DNA from: Gemmatimonadaceae bacterium | GTDB lineage: Bacteria; Gemmatimonadota; Gemmatimonadetes; Gemmatimonadales; Gemmatimonadaceae | NCBI GenBank assembly: GCA_051859245.1 | Contig: JBHYGA010000001.1 | Location: 640,001-704,000 of the forward strand | Direction of reading: 5' to 3' | DNA length: 64,000 bases | Part shown: positions 1 to 9,679 of the stretch, one piece after another | How positions within the stretch are numbered: position 1 is the first letter of the stretch | Layout: the number at the start of each line of letters is the position of its first letter | Notes under the pieces: generated by a model | Database searches by the model: none | The model's input: the letters and a program-made list of their open reading frames with translations, nothing else | What the model was told of the DNA's origin: nothing | Made by a program: the position numbers and the translations under genes

Positions 1-510
1 TATCTGATCACGGGGCAGTGGTACGACGGTCCCGTTGGGACATCGCTGTCCACGGCGAACACGCCCATGATTGGCGCGCAGTTGTCAATTCCGCTTACGG
101 CCGGCCTCTCGCTCACTGGCAATGTGGGCTACGCGTCGGGCGACGTACGCGTGGGGCTGCCCATCATTGGTGGCGTGAATGTGGGGAGCAACCGCATGTG
201 GGTGTACGACGCCGGCCTCGAGCTGGGCGGTCTGGCACGCGGCGGGCAGGGGATCGCACCGTTCGTGCAGGGCGGGATTGGTGGCATGACCAACAACATT
301 CAGAACCGGTTGCTCAACATCCAGTCCACGAACCTCATGTACTCCGCTGGGGTAGGCGTTGATGTGGGAGTGTCCCGCAACATCGCGCTGCGCATTCAGG
401 CCAAGGACTACATCGGTCGGTTCGATTCGCAGGAGGCCGTGGGTGTGACAACGCGTGGGAACCTCTCGCACAACTGGGCCTTGAGTGCAGGTGTAAAGCT
501 CGCCTTCTAG
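1..510 (+). CDS. Outer-membrane beta-barrel protein (OmpA/OmpW-like), 5'-truncated by window edge
   Basis: Frame +1 is open from base 1 (YLITGQWYDGPVG...). Alternating amphipathic strands (APFVQGGIG, YSAGVGVDV) and C-terminal Phe (GVKLAF), a BAM signal. Confidence 0.75.
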   Translation, partial: YLITGQWYDGPVGTSLSTANTPMIGAQLSIPLTAGLSLTGNVGYASGDVRVGLPIIGGVNVGSNRMWVYDAGLELGGLARGGQGIAPFVQGGIGGMTNNIQNRLLNIQSTNLMYSAGVGVDVGVSRNIALRIQAKDYIGRFDSQEAVGVTTRGNLSHNWALSAGVKLAF

Positions 511-554
511 CCGCTTCGCGTTAGACTAGGCGAGACGCGTTTCTGACCTCCATC

Positions 555-2366
555 GTGATGCCACTCGTGCCACTTGCCATGCTGTCCGACGTTGCCCTGC
601 CGCTGTTCCGACGCGTGTCGTTCGCGCTCGCACTGATCGCGCCCGCTCTCGTCTCGGCGCAGACACAGACGCAGACACCGCCGCCGCCGCGTTTCGATTC
701 GCTCACGATCGATCAGACGCGTTCAGCGAGCGGAGAATCGCGGACCGTATCGGCCGATGGATCGCGGGCACGGGCGGCGCAGGATGCGTTCGAACGCAAT
801 CGCCGCGCCGGTCTGCGCTTTTACAATGGCGGCGCCAATGCGTCGTGCGAAGTGCAAATCGGCACGCTGTGTTACTGGAACAACAATGGCGATGTACCGC
901 CGCCGGCAGAGCGCACGGATCTGATCATCGAGCGCGATCGGCTGCTGGATTTGCTCGCGCAGGCGGCGCGCAGCGATCCGGCAGATGACTGGGTGGCGGG
1001 CATGCGCGTTCGCTATGCCCTGGAACAACAGAAGCTCCCGCTGGCCATCGAGGCAGCGCGTGAGTGTGGTGGCACGGCGTGGTGGTGCGCGGCGCTGCGT
1101 GGGCTGGCGTTGCACGCCTCTGACATGCACGTCGACGCGTCGACTGCTTTTGATCGTGCGCTCAGCAGTATGAGCGATTCCATGCGCTGTGAATGGACGG
1201 ATCTTACGCCGTGGCTTCCCACGTCCACACACGAGGCGTATCGCGCCAAGAGTTGCGCACTGCGCGCGTCGGACAACGCGCGCATTCTTCGACTCGCGCA
1301 GCCGCTGTGGCTCTTGCCGGCGAACGATCTGCGCAATGAACTGTTCTCGCGCCACATCATTTCAATCGTACACGGGCAGGGACGCATCCCGTACGATATG
1401 TCGTTCGACGGATCGATTCCGGCAATTCAGGTGCGCTACGGATGGCCCACCGCGTGGTCCATGCAAACGGCTGGTGCGCTCGATCCACGACTGCCCAGCA
1501 TCATCGGTCACGAGCCAACCCCAAGCTACGACTTCATGCCGACCGCGTCGGCGATTACCTCGCCGCTGATGGCGACCGAAGGAGACTGGGAGCCCGATCG
1601 CAAAGACTCGCGCATGCGCTATGCCACACGATATGCGACGGGCTTTGGCATGCTGCCGCATCAGATCGCACGCTTCAAGCGCGGTGACAGTACGGTGATT
1701 GCCGGTGCGTGGCGCCTGATGCGCGAGCAGCGCATGGGCCCTGCACCATACCAGGTGGGGCTGTTTGTCGCAGACGACTCTGCGCTCGTGATCTCACGCA
1801 CCCTCAAAGACAGTGCGCCTGCGAACGGCGCTGTTGTGACGGCGCTCGGCAAGAGTGCCAAGCTTGTCTCGCTCGAGATCATGGCGCCAACGGCCAAGCG
1901 CGCCACGCGCGTTCGTACGGCGGTACAACCGCTGACCAACGGCGTTCGTATCAGCGACATGCTGCTGCTGGCGGCCGGAGACGCAGGCGCCACACCGTCG
2001 CTCGAAAGCGTCGCAGGACGTGCGTGGGGCAGCAACGATATTGTGCCGGGCCGATCGTTCGGTTTGTACTGGGAAACCTATGTGCCCGTGTCGCCCGACG
2101 CGCCGTTGCAAGTGACCGTGCGCGCAACGCGCACGAGTTCCAGTTTCTCGCAGCGCATTACCAACGCGCTGCGCCTGTCGCGTGCGATGACACCGGTGGC
2201 CATCAGCTTCCGTGATGCGGGACGCCCGGACGGCCTGCCGGGGCGTGCGGTGCAGTTTACGTGGCCCGAGGTACCGCCGGGCGAGTATCGACTCACTGTC
2301 AAGCTGGAAGGTGCGAAGGGCGTGGACAGCACGTCGCAACTCTTCACGATACGCGGCGAGCGCTAG
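555..2366 (+). CDS. Secreted hypothetical protein, TPR-like N-half, degenerate GWxTD-like middle region, beta-rich C-terminus
   Basis: 603-aa ORF with signal peptide (ALALIAPALVSA-Q), several Cys (CEVQIGTLC, CGGTAWWC) and NE..R...VRYGWP resembling GWxTD domains. Confidence 0.55.
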   Translation: MMPLVPLAMLSDVALPLFRRVSFALALIAPALVSAQTQTQTPPPPRFDSLTIDQTRSASGESRTVSADGSRARAAQDAFERNRRAGLRFYNGGANASCEVQIGTLCYWNNNGDVPPPAERTDLIIERDRLLDLLAQAARSDPADDWVAGMRVRYALEQQKLPLAIEAARECGGTAWWCAALRGLALHASDMHVDASTAFDRALSSMSDSMRCEWTDLTPWLPTSTHEAYRAKSCALRASDNARILRLAQPLWLLPANDLRNELFSRHIISIVHGQGRIPYDMSFDGSIPAIQVRYGWPTAWSMQTAGALDPRLPSIIGHEPTPSYDFMPTASAITSPLMATEGDWEPDRKDSRMRYATRYATGFGMLPHQIARFKRGDSTVIAGAWRLMREQRMGPAPYQVGLFVADDSALVISRTLKDSAPANGAVVTALGKSAKLVSLEIMAPTAKRATRVRTAVQPLTNGVRISDMLLLAAGDAGATPSLESVAGRAWGSNDIVPGRSFGLYWETYVPVSPDAPLQVTVRATRTSSSFSQRITNALRLSRAMTPVAISFRDAGRPDGLPGRAVQFTWPEVPPGEYRLTVKLEGAKGVDSTSQLFTIRGER

Positions 2367-2944
2367 GGCGTTGCTGGAACCGTGCTCATGACACTGGCGA
2401 TGCCGAGCACGAGAAACACACCGAGCAGGGCAAAGGTGAGACTACGACTCGTGCCGCCCACACGGCGCAGCAGCTGTGTGGCATCGTCGTCTCCCATGGG
2501 CTGCATCCCAACCACGCGAATCGCCGTGCTGGCGCGCCGAAACAGCAGCCAGTTCGCAACACCTCCCGCGGCAAGACGCGACGAGATCTGCACCGCAAAG
2601 AGCATGTACACGACCTGACGATTTTCCGGCTTGAGAATCGCCTCTGGCGTGAGTCCGCCTGCCGTGGGCACGAGCCAATCGAGCACCGCGCCCGGAAGAA
2701 AAAAGAACACGGCAAACCACCAGTACATCTTGCGGTACAGAAACCAGAAGGGCAGTGCGAGCGCCGCCGACCAGTTCCAGGTTGGCACAAACGACGGATC
2801 CTCCATAAACACCGCGAGCTTGCGCCGGTAGGAGCTCTCCCAGCGCGGGCCGATAAAGGCACCCATGCGTTGCTGAAAGACACTGTCCACCGGCGTTGGC
2901 TGCTGCGGCGCGATGTCCTGATTCGTTTGTGATTCGTCTGGCAT
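2363..2944 (-). CDS. DUF2628-family membrane protein
   Basis: TWNWSAALALPFWFLYRKMY signature plus transmembrane helices. Confidence 0.75.
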   Translation of the reverse strand: MPDESQTNQDIAPQQPTPVDSVFQQRMGAFIGPRWESSYRRKLAVFMEDPSFVPTWNWSAALALPFWFLYRKMYWWFAVFFFLPGAVLDWLVPTAGGLTPEAILKPENRQVVYMLFAVQISSRLAAGGVANWLLFRRASTAIRVVGMQPMGDDDATQLLRRVGGTSRSLTFALLGVFLVLGIASVMSTVPATP

Positions 2945-2950
2945 GATGAG

Positions 2951-4048
2951 TTACGGCGTACGTGCAGATGGCTGCTGCTGCGTGAGGCAATGCAACGTGC
3001 CAAGCCCCCACACAAGATCTACCGCGTGAATGCCCACCACGCGGCGTGTGGGAAACAGTTCAGCGATGATGTTCAGCGCGATGCGATCGTTCGCATCGTT
3101 GAACGTTGGCACAATCACTACGGTGTTGCCGATGTAGAAGTTTGCATAGCTCGCCGGCAGACGCTGTCCGTCCATGATCACCGCACGCGGATACGGCAAC
3201 GTGACCACGCGCAACTTCTCACCGCGCGCGTCGACCGCGTGCTGCAGCCGGTGAAGATTGTCCAGTGACCGGACGTGGTTTTCATCCGACGGATCCGTCT
3301 CGTGCGCCAGTACCACTACACCGGGCGCTACGAATCGTGCGATGTCATCCACGTGACCGTGCGTATCGTCGCCGACGCACCCTTCACCCAGCCAGATTGT
3401 GTGCGTAATGCCGAGCGTCTTGGCAAACGCACGTTCGTAATCGGCGCGTGTCATGCCGGGATTGCGCACTTGCACGTCGGACAGCAGCCACTCTTCCGTA
3501 ACGAGCATCGTGCCAAGCCCATCGGTCTCGATGCCGCCGCCTTCAAGTACCAGCGGAGCCCCGGTGTCCGGTCGTTTGGCGGCAATGAGCGGCAGGCCCG
3601 TTACGGTGTGCACGATCTCGGGAATGCGCTGATCGTTGGCGTAGTTGTCGTACTTGGCCCAGGCGTTGAAATCCCAACGCATCAGCGAAACGAGACCCGT
3701 TGCATCCATCACGCCCGTTGGCCCACTGTCGCGCAGCCACACACGATCCGTGGCGGCCACGTGCAAGCGATAGGCGTCCTGCGGAACGGCGTGCATGTCG
3801 AGACAGGCAATCGCATCCTCGCGCACCGCGTCACTATTGCACACGATCTCCACGCGCTCACTGCCGGCGAGCGCGCGCACGATTTCCGCGTACACCCACG
3901 GAATCGGCTCGAACTTTCCGGGCCAATCCGGCTCGTGATGCGGCCACGCAATCCAGGTGGCATCGTGCGGCTCCCACTCGGCCGGCATGCGCCAGCCTAT
4001 GAGCGGTGTCACCACATCGGGTGTTGCCAGCGAATCAATCGGCGCCAC
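2951..4048 (-). CDS. aguA: Agmatine deiminase (PAD/agmatine deiminase family)
   Basis: RMPAEWEPH, WLRDSGP, LEGGGI, DDTHGHVDD, ASYANFY and C-terminal GTLHCLTQQQP with catalytic Cys. Confidence 0.93.
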   Translation of the reverse strand: MAPIDSLATPDVVTPLIGWRMPAEWEPHDATWIAWPHHEPDWPGKFEPIPWVYAEIVRALAGSERVEIVCNSDAVREDAIACLDMHAVPQDAYRLHVAATDRVWLRDSGPTGVMDATGLVSLMRWDFNAWAKYDNYANDQRIPEIVHTVTGLPLIAAKRPDTGAPLVLEGGGIETDGLGTMLVTEEWLLSDVQVRNPGMTRADYERAFAKTLGITHTIWLGEGCVGDDTHGHVDDIARFVAPGVVVLAHETDPSDENHVRSLDNLHRLQHAVDARGEKLRVVTLPYPRAVIMDGQRLPASYANFYIGNTVVIVPTFNDANDRIALNIIAELFPTRRVVGIHAVDLVWGLGTLHCLTQQQPSARTP

Positions 4049-4056
4049 GGTTCTGT

Positions 4057-4980
4057 TTACTCCGCAATCCAGCGATTCAAAATCGGACCGTACGCATCAA
4101 TGCGACGATCGCGCAGGAACGGCCAGTTACGACGCGTTTCTTCGATCAGGTTGAGATCACATTCAGCCACGAGCACCGCCGGATCCGTGCCCGCTTCGGC
4201 GAGATAGCGACCGAATGGATCGGCTATAAACGACTGACCAAAGAACTCAATGCCGTCGGTTCCCGCTTCGGGTTCAAGACCAACACGATTCGGCGACGCG
4301 ACAAACACGCCATTGGCAATGGCGTGCGAACGCTGCATCGTGCGCCACGCTTCCACCTGCGCGGTGCCGAACGTGCTTTTCTCTGCTGGATGCCAGCCGA
4401 TCGCCGTGGGATAAAACAAAATCTCGGCGCCGAGCAGCGACGTGATGCGCGCGCCTTCGGGATACCACTGATCCCAGCAAATGAGCACGCCAATATCCGC
4501 ATACTTTGTGCGCCACATGCGGAACCCGTTGATTCCGGGATGTTTGTCGCTGCGCAGATCCGGTCCGACATCTCCCGGCGCGAAGTAGTACTTCTCTTCG
4601 AACAACGGGTCGTGTGGAATGTGCATCTTGCGATACGTGCCGAGCAGGGCACCGTCGGCGTCAATCACGCATGCGGAGTTGCGATAGAGCCCCGCGGCCT
4701 GACGTTCGTAGATCGGCACCACAAGCACGACGGCCAGTTCTTTCGCGAGTTCCTGCAACGTGCGCACGGTGTCGCCCGCAATGGGCTCGGCGAGATCAAA
4801 GCGTTCAATGCGCAACGACTTGCAGAAGTACGGTGCGTTGAAGAGCTCTTGCAACGCAATGATCTGCGCACCGCGTGCTGCGGCCTCGCGGATGCGCGTA
4901 ACAGTGCGCTCCAGATTGGCGGCGCGGTCATCGCTGGCGGTCTCCTGAATGAGACCGACGGAAACGGGGCGTCGGGACAT
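4057..4980 (-). CDS. aguB: N-carbamoylputrescine amidase (carbon-nitrogen hydrolase)
   Basis: LQELF, YRKMHIPHDP..EKYYF, ICWDQWYPE (Glu-Lys-Cys triad), YPTAIGW; directly upstream of aguA. Start set at ATG 4980. Confidence 0.88.
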   Translation of the reverse strand: MSRRPVSVGLIQETASDDRAANLERTVTRIREAAARGAQIIALQELFNAPYFCKSLRIERFDLAEPIAGDTVRTLQELAKELAVVLVVPIYERQAAGLYRNSACVIDADGALLGTYRKMHIPHDPLFEEKYYFAPGDVGPDLRSDKHPGINGFRMWRTKYADIGVLICWDQWYPEGARITSLLGAEILFYPTAIGWHPAEKSTFGTAQVEAWRTMQRSHAIANGVFVASPNRVGLEPEAGTDGIEFFGQSFIADPFGRYLAEAGTDPAVLVAECDLNLIEETRRNWPFLRDRRIDAYGPILNRWIAE

Positions 4981-5158
4981 GTGCACGTGGGGCGCGAGAC
5001 GGGTATCGGCACGCGCAGGCGCGCGTGTAATCCTGAAAGTTCGTTGATTCACGCGCTGGGGGGTAGGGCTTGCCAGAGATGCGTGACCGTAGAATCACGG
5101 AGGCGATCCGTACCACTCCGGGGATGATTGACCGCGCGATCGCGTCGAGATTAGGCGC

Positions 5159-5899
5159 ATGTCACAATCCTGGGTTCACTACGTACCGATCATCACAACA
5201 CTTGTGGGTGTTGTGTTCGCGAAAACGCTGTTTGCACACTGGCGCCGCAAACCAGACGCAACGTATTTGCTCTGGTGGTTTCTGGGCATCGCGACCTATG
5301 TGGCCGGCACGCTGGCGGAAAGTATTACCGCCTTCGTTGGGTGGGACCCTGTAGTCTTCCGCACGTGGTATATCGCGGGGGCGCTGCTCGGGGCCGCTCC
5401 GCTCGCCCAGGGTACGGTCTACCTGCTCATGCCTCGGCGAACGGCACATGCGCTCACCGTCATGTTGCTGCTCGCGGTGGTCGTGGCGGGCACGTTTGTC
5501 GTGCTCTCTCCCCTGAATCTTGCGCATCCGGCGGTTGAGGCCGGTCGACTTACCGGTCAGGTGCTGGAATGGACCTGGGTGCGGCGCTTCTCGCCGTTCC
5601 TCAACTTGTACGCGTTTGTGTTTCTCGTGGGTGGCGCCGCCTGGTCGGCCTGGCGCTACCGGCGCGTTGAGGGTGCAGGTGCACGTGTGCGAGGGAACGC
5701 CTTGATCGCGGTCGGCACGTTGCTGCCGGGTATCGGTGGTATGGCCACGCGCTACGGCTACACCGAAGTGCTGTTCGTGACCGAGCTGGTGGGTCTGTTG
5801 CTGGTGTGGCTGGGTTACCGACTCATGGTGCAGACGCGTGCGCCGAGCGTGCACTCGGCGCAGCAACTCACGATGACGGCGGATCAAGTAGCGGCGTGA
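5159..5899 (+). CDS. Hypothetical polytopic membrane protein (~7 TM)
   Basis: 246 aa, successive hydrophobic helices, no soluble domain. Confidence 0.7.
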   Translation: MSQSWVHYVPIITTLVGVVFAKTLFAHWRRKPDATYLLWWFLGIATYVAGTLAESITAFVGWDPVVFRTWYIAGALLGAAPLAQGTVYLLMPRRTAHALTVMLLLAVVVAGTFVVLSPLNLAHPAVEAGRLTGQVLEWTWVRRFSPFLNLYAFVFLVGGAAWSAWRYRRVEGAGARVRGNALIAVGTLLPGIGGMATRYGYTEVLFVTELVGLLLVWLGYRLMVQTRAPSVHSAQQLTMTADQVAA

Positions 5900-6584
5900 G
5901 ATAACAGTGCAGTACTCGACGCAAATCGTCGAGCAACGGTTTTTTCTCTGCTTGCACGGCGCGATCGCGTCTGGCGAGCAGTGCCTGTCCGATTGACGAG
6001 CACACCATGGCGGCGCGGCGTCGATCTCGCGCTGGAAGTTTCGGATTGCGCGCAGCGAACAACAAGTCGAGTCGATCAACGATGGACTCAAACAGTTGCG
6101 CGCGAATGCGATTCGGCGCAGCGCCGGTTGAATCAATCGGTGCGTCGGCCGTCATGAACACGCGTCGGAACGCCGGATTGCGATCGTGAAACGCGGCCAG
6201 CGGGCGCACAATACGATCGATCAGTCGATCCAGTGGCAATCCACGCGGATCGGTCGCGAACGCTTTCTCGTGAATGCGTCGCAGTTCATCGGCGAAACGC
6301 ATGGCCAGCGCCGCGACCACGGCTTCACGGTTGGGAAAGAACTGATACAGCGAACCTTTGGCCGTGCGCGCGCGAAGCGCGATTGCTTCGGCGGTCGCAG
6401 CATTGAGTCCATGTTCAGCGATGACCTCGGCCGCGGCGTCGAGCAGCAGATCCACGCGTCGCTGACCACGCGACTGTCGCGGTACGCGTCTGTACGTGGG
6501 TTCGGACGCATTCTCCACGGCTGGCGACTCGCTGGGAGCGGCCGGCGCACGCGTGGATGGACGTTTGGCTGGACGTGGGGGCAT
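5868..6584 (-). CDS. TetR/AcrR family transcriptional regulator
   Basis: PRQSRGQRRVDLLLDAA...AIALRARTAKGSLYQFFPNREA helix-turn-helix. Start set at ATG 6584. Confidence 0.88.
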   Translation of the reverse strand: MPPRPAKRPSTRAPAAPSESPAVENASEPTYRRVPRQSRGQRRVDLLLDAAAEVIAEHGLNAATAEAIALRARTAKGSLYQFFPNREAVVAALAMRFADELRRIHEKAFATDPRGLPLDRLIDRIVRPLAAFHDRNPAFRRVFMTADAPIDSTGAAPNRIRAQLFESIVDRLDLLFAARNPKLPARDRRRAAMVCSSIGQALLARRDRAVQAEKKPLLDDLRRVLHCYLTPLLDPPSS

Positions 6585-6661
6585 GCCGAGGGACAGAGAG
6601 TGAGTGGCTTCGGCGAATATGAGCGCGACACCTGCTGGACACAACGGAACGTTCGCGACGA

Positions 6662-8131
6662 CTACCGGGCGTCGATGAGTGCGATCACGATATCCATGAC
6701 ATTGGTGCCCGTGGGGCCGGTGCGTACCAGAGCGTCCGCGGCATCGAGCGCACGATAGCTCCGCAGACGCTCAAGATCGCGATACGGCTCGCGTCCCGCA
6801 CGTTGCATCAGTCGAGCGGTTGTGGCGTCAACTAAGGCACCGGCCGCATCGGTGGGGCCATCGCGACCGTCCGTGCTGCCGGCGAGAACGCTCACGCGAA
6901 GCGCGTTCGAATTGGTGAGTGCGGCGCGGTCAAGCGTGATCGCCGCGGCCAGCGCGAGCGCCTGCATGCGTCCCCCCAGCGGCGCTTCTTCTGTGGCGCT
7001 CAGTCCGAAGGCCGCGAGTGGTGCGATCTCCTCGTCACCATCGACCAACGTCACGTCTGCATCGGTGTCGCCGAAGATTCGCGCCTCGTCCAACATGTTG
7101 ACGGTGGGTTCGCCGCCCCAGATCAGCACCATGCGCTCGTCAATTTCCTGCGCGTATCGCAGCGCAATCTGCGCCACGGCGCCGCCAAGCGAGTCGGCAT
7201 CTCCCTCGAGCATGTGGTCCGACACCACCACGTGCGAAACGCCAGCCGCTTCGGCCGCGTTGGCGGCGGCGCGACACGCATCGGCATTGCTGGCAATGAT
7301 GTCGTACGAAACGGTGCTGAACGCTGCGTGTGATGCTGGCGCTGTAGCAATCGCCACGTGCGCACTGCCGGCCAGTCCGAGCGCGCGACTGATCGCGGGA
7401 TCAAACGCGCTGCGCAACCCGTGCGCATCACACAGGGCGAGCACCTCGTCGACGTGCAGCGGATCCGCAGTGCACGGACCGGAGCCAATCGTTGCCGCAT
7501 CGTCTCCAATCACGTCGGAGATGGCCATCACGTGAATCGTTCGTGCGCCACGCGCGTGTATCGCGGTGGCAAGGCGTCCCGCGCCCCAGCGAAGCAGGCG
7601 CCGCCGAATCGCGTTCATCTCATGAATCGCCATGCCATGCGCCATCATGTGTTGCATGGCGCTGGCAATTGCGTTCTGCGCGTCGGCGGGATGGCCCACG
7701 ATGGAGCTGAGTTCTGCACAGGGCGCCGCGCACAGCGACGTCGTGCCGCCTGACAACAGCACGAGCACATCATCACCGGCGTCGATGGCGCTGATCGCCG
7801 TCGCAATCGCATCTGCTGCCGCGAGCGATCCAATACTCGGCAGTGGATGGTCGCCCACGCGAAATGACAGTGGCGCGAGTTCGGCGGCGTCAACCTTGTG
7901 CGCGGCGACCACGATTCCGCCTGTAAGTCGCGCCTTCGCTTCACGAATCGCCTGCAGGGCACCTCGTGCCATGTCTGGCGCGGCTTTGCCGAGTGCAAGA
8001 ACATGAAGTGGTGATGACGACGCGCGGGCGTCCAACCAGCTGCGCACCCGCTCATGGGTGCGCGGATACGGCGACACGCCCTGAATCGCCGCGGTATGAA
8101 GCGCGGCGAGCAGGGCGTGTGCGGAACTCAA
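6662..8131 (-). CDS. Glycerate kinase type 2 (MOFRL/DUF4147 family)
   Basis: LGKAA, GDHPLP, LLSGGTTSL, SDVIGDD..IGSGP, GGEPTV, TDGRDGPTDAAGA, TGPTGTNVMD motifs. Confidence 0.88.
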   Translation of the reverse strand: MSSAHALLAALHTAAIQGVSPYPRTHERVRSWLDARASSSPLHVLALGKAAPDMARGALQAIREAKARLTGGIVVAAHKVDAAELAPLSFRVGDHPLPSIGSLAAADAIATAISAIDAGDDVLVLLSGGTTSLCAAPCAELSSIVGHPADAQNAIASAMQHMMAHGMAIHEMNAIRRRLLRWGAGRLATAIHARGARTIHVMAISDVIGDDAATIGSGPCTADPLHVDEVLALCDAHGLRSAFDPAISRALGLAGSAHVAIATAPASHAAFSTVSYDIIASNADACRAAANAAEAAGVSHVVVSDHMLEGDADSLGGAVAQIALRYAQEIDERMVLIWGGEPTVNMLDEARIFGDTDADVTLVDGDEEIAPLAAFGLSATEEAPLGGRMQALALAAAITLDRAALTNSNALRVSVLAGSTDGRDGPTDAAGALVDATTARLMQRAGREPYRDLERLRSYRALDAADALVRTGPTGTNVMDIVIALIDAR

Positions 8132-8697
8132 CGTGCGGCCTTCTTGATGGCCGCGTCGAGTTCGTCATACGCTTCCTGCGCCATGGCGCGGAAGCTCGTG
8201 GCGTACGTGATTTTTCCGTCTGGTCCGATCACGTAGAGATAGCGACGGTGGTAGCCGGCTTCGGTGGCCGCGTTGTAGAGCGCGCCGACTTTCTTGTCAC
8301 TGTCCGCGCCCAGTGCGAACTGAAACCCGTCGTCCTTGGCCCAGGCCGTGAGATCGGCGCCGTTGTCGGTGCTGATGCCAACAAGCGTGACCTTCTTGCC
8401 GTTGAGAAACATGCTCTCGTACTTGTCGCGGTACGTGTGCATCTGTGCCGTGCAGCCGCTGGTGCGCGCTTTCGGGAAGAACGCGAGCACCACGGTTTCA
8501 CCGCGATGTTCTGACAACTTGAACGGCGCAGCGGTCGGACCCGCCTGTGTGACGGTTGTGAGCGTGAAGTCAGGGGCGACCGTACCCACGGCGAGTGGCG
8601 CCGGGGTTGGCGCCTGCGCGAACACGGCAGGCGCGAGCATCGGCGAGGCGGCCAGCGCAACCGCGGCGACCAACGAAGACAAACGAAGCATCAACAA
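8128..8697 (-). CDS. Exported peroxiredoxin (BCP/PrxQ-like, AhpC/TSA)
   Basis: Signal peptide, then APDFTL and FFPKARTSGCT (PxxxTxxC peroxidatic motif). Confidence 0.85.
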   Translation of the reverse strand: MLMLRLSSLVAAVALAASPMLAPAVFAQAPTPAPLAVGTVAPDFTLTTVTQAGPTAAPFKLSEHRGETVVLAFFPKARTSGCTAQMHTYRDKYESMFLNGKKVTLVGISTDNGADLTAWAKDDGFQFALGADSDKKVGALYNAATEAGYHRRYLYVIGPDGKITYATSFRAMAQEAYDELDAAIKKAAR

Positions 8698-8894
8698 CTC
8701 CGGAAGAAGCGATCAGTGATCGCCGCGACGCTCGCGGCACAGACTGCGAAGAAGATACGCCGCGGAGGGCGCAAGTGTTCATCCGGACATCGGTGTCCAC
8801 GTTGATGGACGGCCGATACGGACTCAGAGGACAATGCTTGGTGACCCCCCGCACGTTTCAAGGCGAATTGGCGGTCTTTTGACCGAATCTCCGA

Positions 8895-8910
8895 TGGCAC
8901 GGGTTCTGCA
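8895..8910 (+). promoter_or_regulatory. Putative sigma54 (-24/-12) promoter
   Basis: TGGCACGGGTTCTGCA has GG-N10-GC spacing, one mismatch to TGGCACG-N4-TTGCW; lies upstream of RBS GGAGG (8962) and ATG 8973. Confidence 0.55.
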
Positions 8911-8972
8911 CCCCTGATCACATGTCGGAGGCTCTCATGGACGCTCCGCCGATCACTCTCTGGAGGTGTCAG

Positions 8973-9596
8973 ATGCGGAATACATCGCGAGTTCGTGCAG
9001 TCGCGCGGCCAGTGCCCTTGGTATCGCGCAAAGCGATTCTGACGATGGCTGTGCTTACGTCGGTCTTGGCGCTTGCGGCGTGTGGCGACAGCGACGCCAA
9101 GCGAATGGATGCGGCGTTGCAGTCCGACCTCGCCATGGCGTCGTCGGCGCCTGGCATGCGCTCGGGGTACGCATCGCCCATGGAGCTGGGCTACCCGCAG
9201 GCGTACCCGCCCGGTTACCCGGCTCCGTACCCGCCGGGCTACCCGCAGCCGTACCCGGCCCAGGCGTTTCCGCCGCAGCCGTACGGTTATCCGCAGCCGG
9301 GCTATCCGCAGCCGGTGGCGCAGCGCGCGCCCACGCAGGTGATCTATCGTGACCGTGCGCCCAGTGGTGGTGGTGGAAGTGGCACGAGCACGGGAAGCGG
9401 TACGGGATCGGCTCAGGGCACGGAGTCCAATACCAAACGCGGCGCGATCATTGGCGCCGCCACGGGCGCGGCGGTGGGCATTGCGACGCAGCGGGATAAA
9501 GTGAAGGGCGGTGCGGTTGGCGCCATCACGGGCGCGGTACTTGGCGGCGTGGTTGGTTCGCAGATCTACACCAAGCCGCGCACACGACCGTACTAA
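8973..9596 (+). CDS. Lipoprotein with Pro/Tyr-rich repeats and C-terminal glycine zipper
   Basis: GGAGG RBS; lipobox LAAC; YPxx repeats; GAIIGAATGAAVG...GGAVGAITGAVLGGVVG glycine zipper. Confidence 0.8.
   Translation: MRNTSRVRAVARPVPLVSRKAILTMAVLTSVLALAACGDSDAKRMDAALQSDLAMASSAPGMRSGYASPMELGYPQAYPPGYPAPYPPGYPQPYPAQAFPPQPYGYPQPGYPQPVAQRAPTQVIYRDRAPSGGGGSGTSTGSGTGSAQGTESNTKRGAIIGAATGAAVGIATQRDKVKGGAVGAITGAVLGGVVGSQIYTKPRTRPY
9192..9263 (+). repeat. Six 12-bp tandem units (TACCCG-N6) encoding YPxx
   Basis: TACCCGCAGGCG / TACCCGCCCGGT / TACCCGGCTCCG / TACCCGCCGGGC / TACCCGCAGCCG / TACCCGGCCCAG. Confidence 0.9.
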
Positions 9597-9644
9597 GGGT
9601 CGAATTTGTAACGGCGATACGGATCGCACCGGCGCGAGAAGCGC

Positions 9645-9672
9645 TTGACGCGCCGGTGTGACCCCGTAGGAT
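9645..9672 (+). promoter_or_regulatory. Putative sigma70 promoter, leaderless-type
   Basis: TTGACG-N16-TAGGAT, 7 nt before ATG 9680; no Shine-Dalgarno. Confidence 0.45.
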
Positions 9673-9679
9673 TCTGTGT

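Noticed and set aside
5003..5029. Possible sigma28 site upstream of aguB (minus strand TACA-N15-GCCGATAC)
   Set aside because: Mismatch in the -35, GC-rich -10 is easy to match by chance, and no supporting context.
9192..9315. Periodic repeat considered as a CRISPR array
   Set aside because: 12-bp period, in-frame coding repeat, no unique spacers and no cas genes.
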